This document shows, piece by piece, positions 12,480 through 25,758 of a DNA stretch of 64,000 nucleotides. The notes under the pieces are model-generated. The model was not told where the DNA came from. It was given only the letters and a program-made list of their open reading frames with translations, and did no database searches. Made by a program: the position numbers and the translations under genes. Every line of letters begins with the position of its first letter. The stretch's first letter is position 1. The stretch is taken from NCBI GenBank assembly GCA_964106645.2, contig OZ067044.1. The stretch is one strand, 5' to 3'. The DNA is from Podarcis pityusensis. Lineage: Eukaryota.

Positions 12480-12825
12480 CAGTGGTGCCCCGCAAGACGA
12501 ATGCCTCACAAGACGGAAAACCCGCTAGACGAAAGGGTTTTCCGTTTTTGAGTTGCTTCGCAGGACGAATTTCCCTATGGGCTTGCTTCGCAAGACGAAA
12601 ATGTCTTGCGAGTCCTGAGATTTTTTTTCCGCACCCCCCCCTTTTTCTAAGCCGCTAAGCCGCTAATAGCCTTTTAGCAGCTAAGCCGCTAAGCCTTTAA
12701 TAGCCGCTAAACCGCTAATAGCGCTAATCCGCTAAGCCGCTAATAGGGTTGCTTCGCAAGACGAAAAAACCGCTAGACGAAGACACTTGCGGAACGGATT
12801 AATTTCGTCTTGCGAGGCACCACTG
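12480..12825. mobile_element. Tc1/mariner (Tigger/pogo-like) non-autonomous MITE
   Basis: TA|cagtggtgccccgcaagacgaa ... ttcgtcttgcgaggcaccactg|TA gives terminal inverted repeats with a TA duplication; CpG-rich. Confidence 0.9.
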
Positions 12826-13015
12826 TATATTTATAGTGCAGGCCTATACATGTCTTATCACAAGTATGTCCTTCTAAATGAGGAACCCCATGGAAGCTTT
12901 CAATAAATCTCCCATACTTTTCTGATATGGTAAATGGAGGTAAAATAATTAAAAAGAGAAATAACTAATTCTAAAAGGATTTTTTAAAAGAAAACCCAGC
13001 AGATGCAACTATGCA

Positions 13016-13071
<56 letters not shown>
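13016..13071. repeat. Compound (GT)n(GA)n microsatellite
   Basis: Seen directly. Confidence 0.97.
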
Positions 13072-13074
<3 letters not shown>

Positions 13075-13574
13075 GGATGGATCAAGTTGTACTTTAAAAT
13101 AAAAATCAACAGAGCTGCTATTGACTTCAGTGATCGTAGCATCCACACACAGGGCGAGTTTTTGGTGAATCAGGTCCATGTACCTGGTGGCTGCATTGTT
13201 ACCTGGTGGCAGAATTCTAACCACCTGTTTGAGAGGCATAATCTAGTTTATTTTTCTTCTGCTCTTAACAGGTAATTGGCACTGTCAGAGCTGACATTTA
13301 CTAACAGTTTGGTAGGTTCATATGTAAAGTTATTTGCACCCAGTCCACTATTGTACAGAAAGATCTGTGCACTGGAACCCAAGACATAAAATTTTGAATT
13401 TAGAAGAAGACAACTTTTCTTATTTTCCTATCTTACTGTATTTATCTCTGTTCATCTACTTTGCTTGTATGATTTAATTCTCTTAATCTAAATATATGGT
13501 CCTCTTAATAAGCTGTAATACTTTCTTATTAGTAAGAGCCATTTTAGAATTCATTAAGCATCACCATTTAGATT

Positions 13575-13793
13575 TCCGGAAATCCGTTCAACTTCCAAAA
13601 ATGTTCAAAAACCAAGGTGCAGCTTCCAATTGGCTGCAGGAGCTTCTTGCACTCAATCAGAAGCCACGGAAGCCCTCCTGGACATTTGGGTTCCAAAGAA
13701 CGTTCACAAACTGGAACACTCACTTCCAGGTTTGCGGCGTTCGGGAGCCAAAAGGTTCGAGTCACAAGGCAGTCAACAACCAAGGCACGACTG
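13575..13793. mobile_element. One-ended Tigger-like MITE fragment
   Basis: Ends in ccaaggcacgactg|TA, resembling the CAGT-type terminus of the other MITEs; the matching left end was not found. Confidence 0.6.
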
Positions 13794-14980
13794 TATAATA
13801 AACACACTGCTTTCAGTGTAGTTTGCAACAACAATTTTTGTTCTTTTTAGCCCTACAATTGAATTAAAAGTGCAGGGTGAATGCTGTCGCTTCAGTTTAT
13901 TCTTACAAACTTATTTCAGTTGCCTGGAGCTGCAAAATCAAAAATTTTAACCAACCGAGCAGCTATAAAGACAGAATTAAGAATTTGTACATTTATGTAA
14001 AAGCTTTACTGTGAGCTTCCCAGTCAGCAAAGTAATTAGAAAAGGTGCCAGCAACATCACAATTTGGGGTGACACTGCACTGGTGTCAGCAGCCAACCTC
14101 AGGCTGTCATACAGGAGTGGCTGTGTGGACCAGCAGTGCAGTGCAAGGCTGCTAAAGCAGAGTGGTTGTGAAAGAAATGAACAGCGGGCATGCAAAACTA
14201 GGGAAATAAACCTACATTGTATTATAAAAGCATGCTGTCATGGAACACACTGGCAAAGACCCAGATGCCTCAAATTTGAAAAACAGGACTGAAACTAAAG
14301 AAGCAGTTCAAATGGAATAGAATGCTGTTTAGAGTATATGTAGCTGCAACATTAGGCTGAAGCGCCTCATTTACATTGTTGATTGAACTTACTAGTTGTG
14401 TGCAACAGACACTGAAGGAGACCTACTGGCTCCGAAAATTGCTTGGTTTGCTATGGATCCAGAATTAGTTAAAACCTATTTCCCCAAGTACTGTGGCTGG
14501 CTGATGGAATGAAATGCCAAAACCTACACTTAAAAGTATGCCAGCGACACTGATTCCAACAACATGAAAAGGAAGGTAATGATATTTTAGATTAGAAAAA
14601 TAAGAATTCACACAAGAGCCATTTGGATAAACTTCTCAGGAGTAATTAAAAAAACATGGTAAAAGTGAGATCTTTTAAAAAAATTACAAACATAAAAGTC
14701 CTGGTCTTCTAAAAATAAGGAAAATGTGAAAGCCATCTCAGTCCATAATAGCAAAGCTATTTACATTTTTGCAGAGTTCATCATATTGCTTAGAAATAAA
14801 CCATTTCTCTATAAAATAAGATGTGTTGCAAGTCATCGTATTCAAATTGCAGAAAAAGACTCCACAGGATCATAAATATATTTCCTGTTGAATATGAATA
14901 TATATCATGACAAATGTTTCTTTCTACCACTTCTAATTTTGCTTAGCTAGTGGAGCTAAATATAATCCATAGAACTATAC

Positions 14981-15201
14981 CTTTGTATCATGCCGTATTG
15001 TTGAGACTGGAGTGACTTCTTCTGACTTCTTCTTTTTATTCTGGTCCTCATCCTTCTCCTCTTCCGCCTTTTTCTCTGGAGTCACAGTGGTTATCAAGTT
15101 CGTTTGAGAGATGCCCTTTGTCGTGGCATACTGGCCAGTACCAACCTCTGCAGCAGACATAGAATCCTTCATGTACATTTCATGGTTTTCATTGACTGAT
15201 G
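14981..15201 (-). CDS. EPB41L3: EPB41L3 U2 exon with two acceptors (15201 long form adds ASVNENHEMYMKDSMSAA; 15147 short form starts EVGTGQYATTKG...IRHDTK)
   Basis: 221 or 167 nt, both phase 1/0, donor GTATAG. Confidence 0.93.
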
Positions 15202-17042
15202 CTAAAAGCAAATATAATTTGAAGAGGTAAAGTCTAACATAAATTGCGCTGCAAAGCCAAATAAAAATAAATGTGGATTAAAGCAATTTGCTAAGGAGCT
15301 AAAAATGTCATGTTTCATAAACATGCAGAAACATGTATAATTACTAAGTAAATTTGCAAAGGGATTAAATATACAAGTGTGCATATGCATACACACATAT
15401 TAAGGCTTTATATGTATTCATACACATGCAGATGCTCCATAACACATATTCAGAATACATTTATAATATTAGTTGCTAGAATGCTCAACATCAAAAAACT
15501 AACATGATTTGAGCATGTTGCAGCGTTTCTCACTTAAGGGAACAGTGTAAATAATAATATGCAATGCGCATAGCAGGAAAGGGTTCTGTTTACTATTTTC
15601 ATTATAATGTAACCAGATGCAATGCAACCAAAATGGAGCCAAAAAGGAGGACAGTATAAACCTAAAAAAAAAACCTGTGCATCCAAATAAGATTCCATAA
15701 TTTTTGGAAAAGAAAAAGATTTTTTTAGAAAACCAAGTATGTAAAAAGCAATTTATAGGACTGGTATAATTGCATTGAAACATTATGATCAAAAAACACC
15801 TCTAATGGTCCAAAATTTGTATGTTATGTTATTATGAATCAAAATTATACTTCTGTGTATATTACAGACCTTTTCCTCTATACATATCAAATGTCACCAC
15901 TCTATGGCAAATCGATCTATCTAGCTGTTTCGGAATTGCACTGTAAATCATAACTGTAGAAACCTTTTCCTAGAGTAAAATTCTGGCGGTGAGAAGCTAT
16001 AATAATTTCCATTCAATTTTTGTAGACTTAAATGATACCATGGTACTCTGCAAGACTGCCAATGGGGGGGGGGGGGACAAACTAGATGTGTGACGTTACT
16101 CAAGTTGTTAGCCTTTGCATGGTTGTTGTTTTGAAAACCAATAAACAGCTTTATAGGAGGCAAGTAAGTCAGATCAGAATCATGACATGAGGCTTTATCA
16201 CATTCCCTCTGTTACAGTCCTGATCAGAACTGGGCGCCAATGGCAGTTTTCACTCCACTGCAAGTAGCAGGCATAGTTCCACTGACACCAATCAGAGAAG
16301 CATCTGTCCAAGCATTAACTCACTTCCTCCTTCCCATTCTAAAGCCCAAAACTGGTTTGACCTCCCCATTCACATAACCTGCTCCTTATTAAAGAACAAA
16401 CAAACTGCAAGCACTAACAATATTACAGTCTCATTTGGCCCTCCATAGTAAGTCCTGGGGAAACAGACTTGACTGATTCTGTAAGATTTTCCCCCATTTC
16501 CACCCTTATAAATTGAACTTTCAAAAAATCTAATTTTTCTTTCCAATAAATCAGTGAGCCTCCTTTGGATCTGTACCAGAAGCAATGCTTTATGTTTATT
16601 TTATTGTGCCTTTATTTTGGTGTTTTTCAGTTGTTAGATTCCTTACACAGTACCCTGATGGCTGGCATAAAAATCTTTTAAATTAATAAAATTATTTTTT
16701 TTAAATTTTACTTTAAATAAAATTATTGTCTCTGGCTGTACTGTGCTAAAGGCTTCCATTTAATTTCAGTGATGCACATGGAGGCCAACTGAAAGCTGAG
16801 CAAGAACTCTGAAAGGAATAATAGTAACAATTATATGCATAACTTTTCTAAGATGTATCTGGCCTGAATAGAATATGGAAATTGGAAGACTAGAGGTTAC
16901 ACTAAGTATAGGCTTGAATCCAGAAAACCCAGGATCAAATCTCCTCTGTACTATGAATCTCACTTTCTTGAGCTAGTCACTATTTCTCAGCTGAACTACC
17001 TCACAAGATTGTTGTATTATAAGCTGAGCTCTTTGGAGGATG

Positions 17043-17393
17043 TAAAGGTAAACGGACCCCTGACCATTAGGTCCAGTCGTGACCGACTCTGGGGTTGCGG
17101 TGCTCATCTCGCTTTATTGGCCGAGGCAGCCGGTGTACAGCTTCCGGGTCATGTGGCCAGCATGACTAAGCTGCTTCTGGTGAACCAGAGCAGCGCACAG
17201 AAACGCCATTTACCTTCCCGCTGGAGCGGTATCTATTTATCTACTTGCACTTGATGTGCTTTCGAACTGCTAGGTTGGCAGGAGCAGGGACCAAGCAACG
17301 GGAGCTCACCCCGTCGCAGGGATTCGAACCGCCGACCTTCTGATCGGCAAGTCCTAGGCTCTGTGGTTTAACCCACAGCGCCACCTGCATCCC
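17043..17393 (-). mobile_element. Full-length Sauria SINE with 13-nt target-site duplication, inserted in an older tRNA-SINE-like repeat (~16900-17430)
   Basis: tRNA-derived head with B box (ggttcgaatcc) and ACCTTT tail; TSD tctttggaggatg at 17030-17042 and 17394-17406. Confidence 0.93.
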
Positions 17394-18819
17394 TCTTTGG
17401 AGGATGAGCAAGATACAAATAAAATAACCAAATAGCCAGGTGTATACTTATGCCATTGAATTCATTGGTAACTTTACACAAGTGTGTAGTTCCCCAGATT
17501 AGTAAACAGTGCAAGGTAAACCTACTCCATGGTTAATATCTAATTACCAATTTGTAATCATGTTCCACCTTTTTATATGCTTCACTCAGAGTGATTTTTC
17601 AAATTAATGTAGTCATAATTCGGTTCTGCCTCAACAAACCCTTTGGAAAAAACCTAATCTGCACTTTCAGAATTCGAGTATATTATCTGTGATTTAGAGA
17701 TACATGTATGTTCAATTTGTATGCACATCAAAAACGATTGGAGCACCTTTCCCTCTCTTAGTAAACTCAAATCACATTTTACACCCCCTATTTTTTAAAA
17801 AGGGGCTCATGTTCTGCCCAGGAAAAAAACCCACTGTCCAGTTAACCATGATGTAACCTATGCATGCATACAAGACAATGATTAGGGTTATTCTGATCTG
17901 AATTTTGCTAGAGGTATTTACTTAATAAAAACTAAGCAAAAGAAAAACAACACTGAGAACAATTTGTACTCTGAGATGCATGCATAGCAGCAAGGTCGCG
18001 AGTTGCTTGGTAACCAGCAGGAAGCATATTAGTACTCAAAAGGATCAAAATTAATGAGTGATAAGCACTCATGTTATCAGTTTCAGCAGGGAACACCAAG
18101 GATTATCACTAATTTATATGGATCACAATTTTTTCCATTGACCCTGGCAGTTTCTTGGTATCTGCTTTATATTCTTTTTTTTTTTGTATAGAAATTTGAA
18201 TAGCAGCTTCCTAGAAGACAGTTACATGCCGATTTTCTATCTGCAAATAAATAGTATTAAACTGAAAATTGGTTAGGTGAGTTCACATTTTGAGCATCAT
18301 GTTTTGTTAGTTTTAAAGGGTTGCAAATTGTCGATAAGCGTAAGCAACAAAAGTAGCAGTAAAGAGGAAGGAAAGAGCTAGCTCAGGAGCCTTGATTTGT
18401 CTTTCACAACATATATTAATTTATTTACACTGTATGCATGCAGGCGAAGCCGGAATCTAGGCAACACCTGAAAATTAGAATGCTGCTTACCTGGGACTCC
18501 ATGGAGGTGGGGTTTGTGGCCTGGCCTGGCAGGAGCCTGGATCCGAGGCCTTCTTAGGCTACAGGTAGCCATTGAGGGATGCCAGCACCTCCCTCTGCAG
18601 CCATGTGGCATGCCCAGAGGCCTTGTTCAAGTGAGCCAGTCAGGAACGAGCTGAGGGGTAGGGCTGTGGACCTGACAACCCTAGTTTCCAGTCAAATCCA
18701 TCTAATATTAATAAATACTAGCTGCACGCAGCCACGTCAGCTCCAATCCTCGCTGGACTTCCAACCCACCTGCCCTGTTTATGGGTCCTGCCCATAGGTG
18801 TGCAGGCAGATAAGCTATA

Positions 18820-19384
18820 TAGATCAAGGGAAGTAATAGTGCCACTGTATTCTGCTCTGGTCAGACCTCATCTGGAGTACTGTGTCCAGTTCTGGGCACC
18901 ACAGTTCAAGAAGGACACTGACAAACTGGAACGTGTCCAGAGGAGGACAACCAAAATGGTCAAAGGCCTGGAAACGATGCCTTATGAGGAACGGCTAAGG
19001 GAGCTGGGCATGTTTAGCCTGGAGAAGAGGAGGTTAAGGGGTGATATGATAGCCATGTTCAAATATATAAAAGGATGTCACATAGAGGAGGGAGAAAGGT
19101 TGTTTTCTGCTGCTCCAGAGAAGCGGACACGCAGCAATGGATCCAAACTACAAGAAAGAAGATTCCACCTAAACATTAGGAAGAACTTCCTGACAGTAAG
19201 AGCTGTTCGACAGTGGAATTTGCTGCCAAGGAGTGTGGTGGAGTCTCCTTCTTTGGAGGTCTTTAAGCAGAGGCTTGACAACCATATGTCAGGAGTGCTC
19301 TGATGGTGTTTCCTGCTTGGCAGGGGGTAGGACTCGATGGCCCTTGTGGTCTCTTCCAACTCTATGATTCTATGATTCTATGAT
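18820..19384 (+). mobile_element. CR1 LINE 3' end, 5'-truncated, with open ORF2 C-terminus
   Basis: [31 protein letters not shown]...[22 protein letters not shown]; ends in an (ATTCTATG)n tail. Confidence 0.95.
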
Positions 19385-19867
19385 ATGGAAATGACTTAAA
19401 TTCCATAGTGGCAGGCAGACAACTGGTGTGACACCAATCTGAAACCTAAAAACAGGAGTTCTGGTGGCAATTGTTTTATGTATTTATTCGAGTCTCTTTG
19501 GCATCTAGGTCAACTATCAAGTATATATTTGGTTGGAACACCCTAAAAAGCTGAGGGAAACAGAAAGCATTTCGGTAACTGAAGAAAGACTGGTGGTTGA
19601 AGGAATAGGTGGGCCAAGGTTGAAGTTTCATTGTTCTTATTTCCACAGCTTTTGTGTACTGCCGTATGAATAAGCCCAGGAAAAGTAGAAGGCTAATATT
19701 TATTTAATGGGCATTTTATAATGAATGAAGTATCATGCATATACTTACAAGCATCATCCAACAGAAGCTCAAGGGACATGAGATTACAAGAAGCTTAAAT
19801 CTGTTCTCTAACAATATAAAAAAAATTAAGATAAAACTCCAAATAAAGACCATCAAGAGCATCTTAC

Positions 19868-20043
19868 CCCCATCTAAGCTGCGAGACATTGTATAGCGTT
19901 TGCTTGATGAACGCTCAAAGTAAGGTGCTGGGCGGTCTATCAGTGCACTTGCTCTCCTTGTCTGGGCTTGTGTCCTTCCACTGTAGCGAAACTTGGAACC
20001 CAGTGTAAGAAATTTTTTGGGAGGAGCCTCTGGGAGCAAGAGC
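19868..20043 (-). CDS. EPB41L3: EPB41L3 FERM-adjacent (FA) domain exon ([58 protein letters not shown])
   Basis: 176 nt, phase 2/1, GTAAGA donor; inside ORF 19716..20234. Confidence 0.97.
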
Positions 20044-21240
20044 CTAGAACATATCACACAGAATGCTTGTGACGAATTGCAGGTTTTAAATGGGAAAAAT
20101 GAAGTGAAAAATAAATTCTGAGCATCCATGTCTCTATTCCATAATCCTTTATTTGAATAGATACGGTTATAACACAGTGTTCCTACGCATGCCTCCTCAG
20201 ATGTAAATCTAGTTATATCCACTGGTACTAACATCCAGGCTAGGTGGACATAGATCTACAGCCTCAGTTTTATGCTAGAATTAAATATTGTAGAACCTTC
20301 CTGTCCCTCCCCTTCTGTCCCCTGCAACACGCCAGACATCCTCAAAATCTACTCCAGAGGGTTCTGCACATACAACCCATATATTATACTTAGAAACAGC
20401 TGAATATTTTGAAGTCTTTGTCAAATAATAATAATAATAATGTATGTTATTCTTTTCAAAAACACGTATCAGCAACTGCTTCTTCACAAATATATCTACA
20501 TATTTACAAACACACACACACATCACCTACTACAGTCATTTTGTCTGGCACTGACACTGTTTGATTATGTATTGGCTATGATATATAAGATATTATATCT
20601 AGGTGAATCAGCATACAGGTAGACTTCTCTCAAACCCACCACTACAGTAGTATTAAAACTTTCCACATGAAGTTTGCCCCAGAATTCACTCTTCATTCCG
20701 GAGTTGGTATCCCTAATCTGACCCCACCCTAAAAAAGAATCCCTAGATAAATATCAACTCATTATATAGTAACTGTTCTCCCACATCATTGGTGAAATTA
20801 TCTTCATAGATGTGGTCCTGCCCAACCATGACTCTGGGTGTGGGACTCATCCAAGGAAGAGGAGTGGGGCTCTTGCAGAGGCCTCAATTACCACCAGGGA
20901 CCATGAAGTGCTTCCTCTTATAGTCAAGCATATATTTCGAATGTTTCTCTATACCAATGATCAAGAAGAATGCTACATTTTAATGGGTTGTAGCCAATGC
21001 TAGCCCTACTCAAAGGAGACCCATTTGATGTAAATGGACATTATGTTTCTACTTGCCCAACAGAACAACCTCCCATCTCCTCTGCTGTTCTGGGGTTTCT
21101 GGGGTGGGGGTGGGGAGTCAAGAAAGCCCTGCTGCACTAATAGAAGCCATTATGCTGGCTTCTGCGAGGAGAACTATTTAATTGTATCCTTCTTAAATAC
21201 ATTTTAGTTTTTATTCTTTATTTCTATGTGTCATGTTTTA

Positions 21241-21360
<120 letters not shown>

Positions 21361-22531
21361 CTAGGAGAGAAAAGAACATTTAATTTTGAGTTAAGATGTA
21401 ACAAATATACAATGAGGCATATTACCAATTCAAGAAACTTGTAGACATCTGCACATATTACATACAGGCAGACTGGGTCAACACTGTTAGGGTTGCCAAT
21501 GTAAGCAAATAATATGCAGTGTATTCTAGATTTATGGCTGCTCATGAAACCTTAATTTGGTCCCTTGCAGCCTTAGTTGACTACACAGACATTCCCAGGG
21601 GAATATATATTGTAAGTAAATATAATGGCATAAAACCAGGATCAGTTCTGGTTTGCTAATAAACACCGTGTCAGAGTTCTTCTACACATTTCAGATGTTG
21701 CTGGACTACCAGTGCCAGGCTGATGGGAGCTGAAGTCCAACAATACCTGGGGAGCTAAAAGTTGACCACCACGGACTTTGAAGAAATAGCACACAAAATC
21801 CACAACTATTTAAGAAAGGGATATTTGATTAATGTCTGTCAATATATATGAAAGTGTATCTTAACTGCTATTAATAGGTTTTACTGGACTCGTGGACCAA
21901 CCATGAGATACGTCAAGTGCTGTAGAGAAGAAACTTAACACATCAAGACACTATTATTGCTACATTAATCACCTGTGACATAAGATTCTCATCTTGCTGC
22001 CACACAGAAATCAGCTGTTATTTCTGACAATGTGGTGCTCTGGGGTTTAAAAGTAGGAGAACAAAGTAACTTCCTATTCAGATATGAAGTTTAATAACAG
22101 CTTCAACAACTCAATATCCCCATGACTAACCCAACCTTAGAAATGTTCTGATTAATAAATTATACAAGAATTAAAACATTGGGGGGGGGGTCTAAAATAA
22201 TGTGAAAATGATGATCTTGGTAAGTCAACGTTTGCCTAGTACAAAGAGGGTGAGGAAGAATGAAGCAGAGTGCATACATAAGAAAAGACACAAGTGTATG
22301 CTATAATTCCTAATTGTGTGACTGCTGTCATATGTCGTTTGTGCCTCAGAAAGGCAAGGGGGGGGGGATTCTGGCAACAGGGGAAATACAGCATAATGCC
22401 ATGACTGCCATGGACTTGGTTACATAAGCTTGCATGAACTCAGTTAAAGATTATATGAAATTGGGCAACTGGAGCAGTCCAGTTCGCAAAAGGAACACTG
22501 AAATACATTTGGTTTGCTGAAGTCCACTTAC

Positions 22532-22684
22532 TTCCCCTGGTCGGATTTTGATATAGAAGTTATTCCTCTTGTATGAAATTTTGAGAACCTTAGGCCAAGC
22601 AAATCTGTTTATTCTGAGTCTGTCCCGATATATCAAGAGACCACTTGCGCAAACCCCTAACATGATTTCAACTCCTTCAGAATC
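22532..22684 (-). CDS. EPB41L3: EPB41L3 FERM-C exon ([51 protein letters not shown])
   Basis: 153 nt, phase 0/0, GTAAGT donor; overlaps ORF 22451..22663. Confidence 0.97.
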
Positions 22685-23824
22685 CTAAAAAAAGATGTTT
22701 CAAAAGATGTTATTTTTTAATCTTTAGAGTATCAATGGTTCATTTCCATTTCTACAATCACAAGCTTTTTGAACATCAGATGGGGTGGGCAGCATTCCTT
22801 TGTGGGGAATGCCAGCCACTGAACTACAGTTAGCCCATTTCTGGCAAAAACAGTTAATGTAATTAACAGAACACAAAATAAAAGACTTTCTTTCACTCAA
22901 ATATCTATGCAGATTTCCTCCTGAAATGCCCTACAGTCCTTTCAAAACCTGTGCATATATTATATACATTTATCTAAGCTTTCGAAAAGATTTTATGCAG
23001 TATACACTCAGAATAACATGCACTTCATAATTTTCTTCTGGTCAGCAACATTTTGCCAAAAACATGATCCATTTAATATATAATGACTAAGATGTAAACG
23101 TGTGATCTTAAATTGAGGAAGACTAAAGCCACATGTCAAGCCAAACCACTTTTTGCAGACACTGTTTACAATATATATAATACAGTACATTTTGGTTCGG
23201 TTAACTCTATTCCATGGCACCAATTACAGAACTTTCCACAGGTACGTAAGACAAAGGGCTGATTCACACACAATGGTAAGCCAAATCATGGTCTGGAAAG
23301 AATGAGCAAGCATGAGCAAGCTGAGAGAGAAAATCATGACTGCTTTGGCGCTCCCACAGTCATCCTGCTGCCCTGATACCTGGAGCTAAGCCATCGTTTG
23401 GCTTAGCCTTTCATGCAAACTCAGTCTCAAGATTTGTCTCACTCCCCAAAAGCCATGAGCTGCAACCAATGGTTTACCATTATTTTCTTACTGATTACCC
23501 ACCTGCTTGCTTGTCACAAAGCCATTGTTTAGCTTAGCATTACATGCAGAAGAGGCCAGAGCCTCTTCAATGGCTCTGTGGACGCTGCACAATGTACCAC
23601 TGAAACTACATGCCAGGTGAAGGATAGGACACTCTATAACATAGATCTGACTGAATTTCCCTGTTAGTTAAAAGTGCTTTAGCATTCTTTTTATTTTATA
23701 ATCATCAGTTCATCAAAATATATTAAATAAACTAGACAATAAAATCAACAGATTATTTGCAGACATATTACTTAATGCATGAATGGCAACACTTCTAAGT
23801 TTCTAATGGTGAACCATCCTGCTA

Positions 23825-23959
<135 letters not shown>

Positions 23960-24167
23960 TTAAAAATGAACTTGTTTCCCGGAAAATAAATGTGTCCTTT
24001 ATGATGATTTAAATGATTTCATGCGGTTGTCTGTTTTACACTATTATTCACTCCATCCAATCATTTCCCCCCTCAATGTAATGCTTTGAAATTCAGTACA
24101 TTTTTCTTGAAGGAGGATAGAATTCCAAAGGACTCTATTGTATACATTTCCCCCCTGCTTATATTAC

Positions 24168-24386
24168 CTGTGGCTTTTATGAAGCTCTATTACTTTGTCT
24201 TCCAGTTCTTTAGTATGGTTTGGTGCAAAGCGAAATTCACTGACGTAATCACTTCCGTATTCATCAGGATCATAATCTCCAAGCTCTGACTGAACTGTAT
24301 AGGAGCCCAATAGTGCAAGTGTAACAAAAGAACATGGCAGTCGTCCAGAAACTATGTCATCTCTCAGCTGTAAACAGAGGTAGTAC
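24168..24386 (-). CDS. EPB41L3: EPB41L3 FERM-M exon ([47 protein letters not shown]...ELHKSH-R)
   Basis: 219 nt, phase 2/2, tgcag acceptor, GTAATA donor. Confidence 0.96.
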
Positions 24387-25682
24387 CTGCAACATTTTTT
24401 TGGGGGGGGGGTTTAAAAAACACACCTCATTAACACCTCCATACCCCTCGCAAGTTCTAGCAATTCACAAGCAGTTTAAAGGTTCCATTAAGCCTAGAGA
24501 ATTGCAGAATCTCTGCTTTAACCAAAGTGGTAGGAAGCAGAAGAAAGGACAAATAGGAATGTGAAAGAAATCTCTTCTCTCCATTACAAGGTAGTTGGGG
24601 GGTGGCCAGTTAGGTTGATACATAATGGAGCACTTGAAAACACAATCCCAAGAAGTGGTGTGCACATATGAAGAAACAGTAGATGCAGTCAGAACTCCAG
24701 TTTTTATTTTAGGCACAATAGAGTTCTCCCTCCCCACACACTATATATTAATTAGAAGAATTTATACATTAAGCAGAAGTGCCAAGGCTGTTTACAAACA
24801 AACAAAAACAACAAAATACCACAACAGAACCAGCTCAATAAAACAAAGTCACAATAAAACATTAAAATATCAGTCATAACAATCAGGAATGGTGGGAATT
24901 GGTTCTTCTCAGTATGTCACTGCTGTATTATTTTAATTGCAATCCACGTTTCCTCTTCTGCTTACTTTTCAGTTAATGCTAACTATAAATGGCAATTTCA
25001 GAAATATGTCTTTCACCTGCTAATGGTAGCAAAGAACTATTCCCTCCATTGACTGCAGCATCTTCATATGTTCATATGTTCACAATTATGTGAATGCCAC
25101 AGCCACTGTTAGGGACAGATGAGGTCTCCTCAGCTCAAATTTTCTGAGATTTTTCAGAGAAAGTGCAGTGTTTTATTTGAGATGCTGTGGGAAACCCAGC
25201 CTTCCGCTATGAAAATTATCCAACCCTTCTCTAAAACTTACTGTAGGCAGGATGGGTCAGTCATTAGCAAGGAAGTTTGGTTCCCAGCAATGGAGGCTCA
25301 TGAGTATGCGCAGGAAGCATGTGAAATGTAGTTTTCAAATGCTCTTTGCTACACTTCACAGGTTTCAGTGCACTGGATGCCATGAGGCTGAGGTGTTGGC
25401 TACTGCAAGCCCACCCTAATACACCTACCCACCCTTCAACAAAGGTAAGGGGATGGCAGTGAGGCAAGCTTATTATAAGTTAGACCTTTGGGGGGGGCAG
25501 GTGGATGAGGATGATACATCTCCAATATCTACATTTCCTTCCATCACCCATTATCAGTATGGTAGTAAATAGTGTTCACCTCACATTATACAAACAATTG
25601 TTTAACAATTGTTAGTTAGAGGTTGCCACCACCAATAACTTTTCATGACCAACTTATAAAGATTGCTGGGTGTTTTAAATAC

Positions 25683-25758
25683 CTGGTAATATCTTCAGAA
25701 AGCTGGGCAGGATCAGGAGGATAGAATTTCACATTAAAAGAGAAATGCCAAGCACCAC
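25683..25758 (-). CDS. EPB41L3: EPB41L3 FERM exon ([25 protein letters not shown])
   Basis: 76 nt, phase 1/2, AG/GT boundaries. Confidence 0.96.

Noticed and set aside
12648-12745. Short repeat array superficially like CRISPR or iterons
   Set aside because: There are no unique spacers, the context is eukaryotic, and it lies inside a TA-flanked MITE.
13009-13239. ORF MDLIHQKLALCVDAT... and doubled acctggtggc motif as a hidden exon or CTCF site
   Set aside because: The ORF runs into a microsatellite, shows no 4.1 similarity, has no convincing acceptor, and matches the CTCF motif only partially.
18800-19303. 167-aa ORF as a host gene
   Set aside because: It is the C-terminus of CR1 ORF2 from a 5'-truncated copy with no true start.
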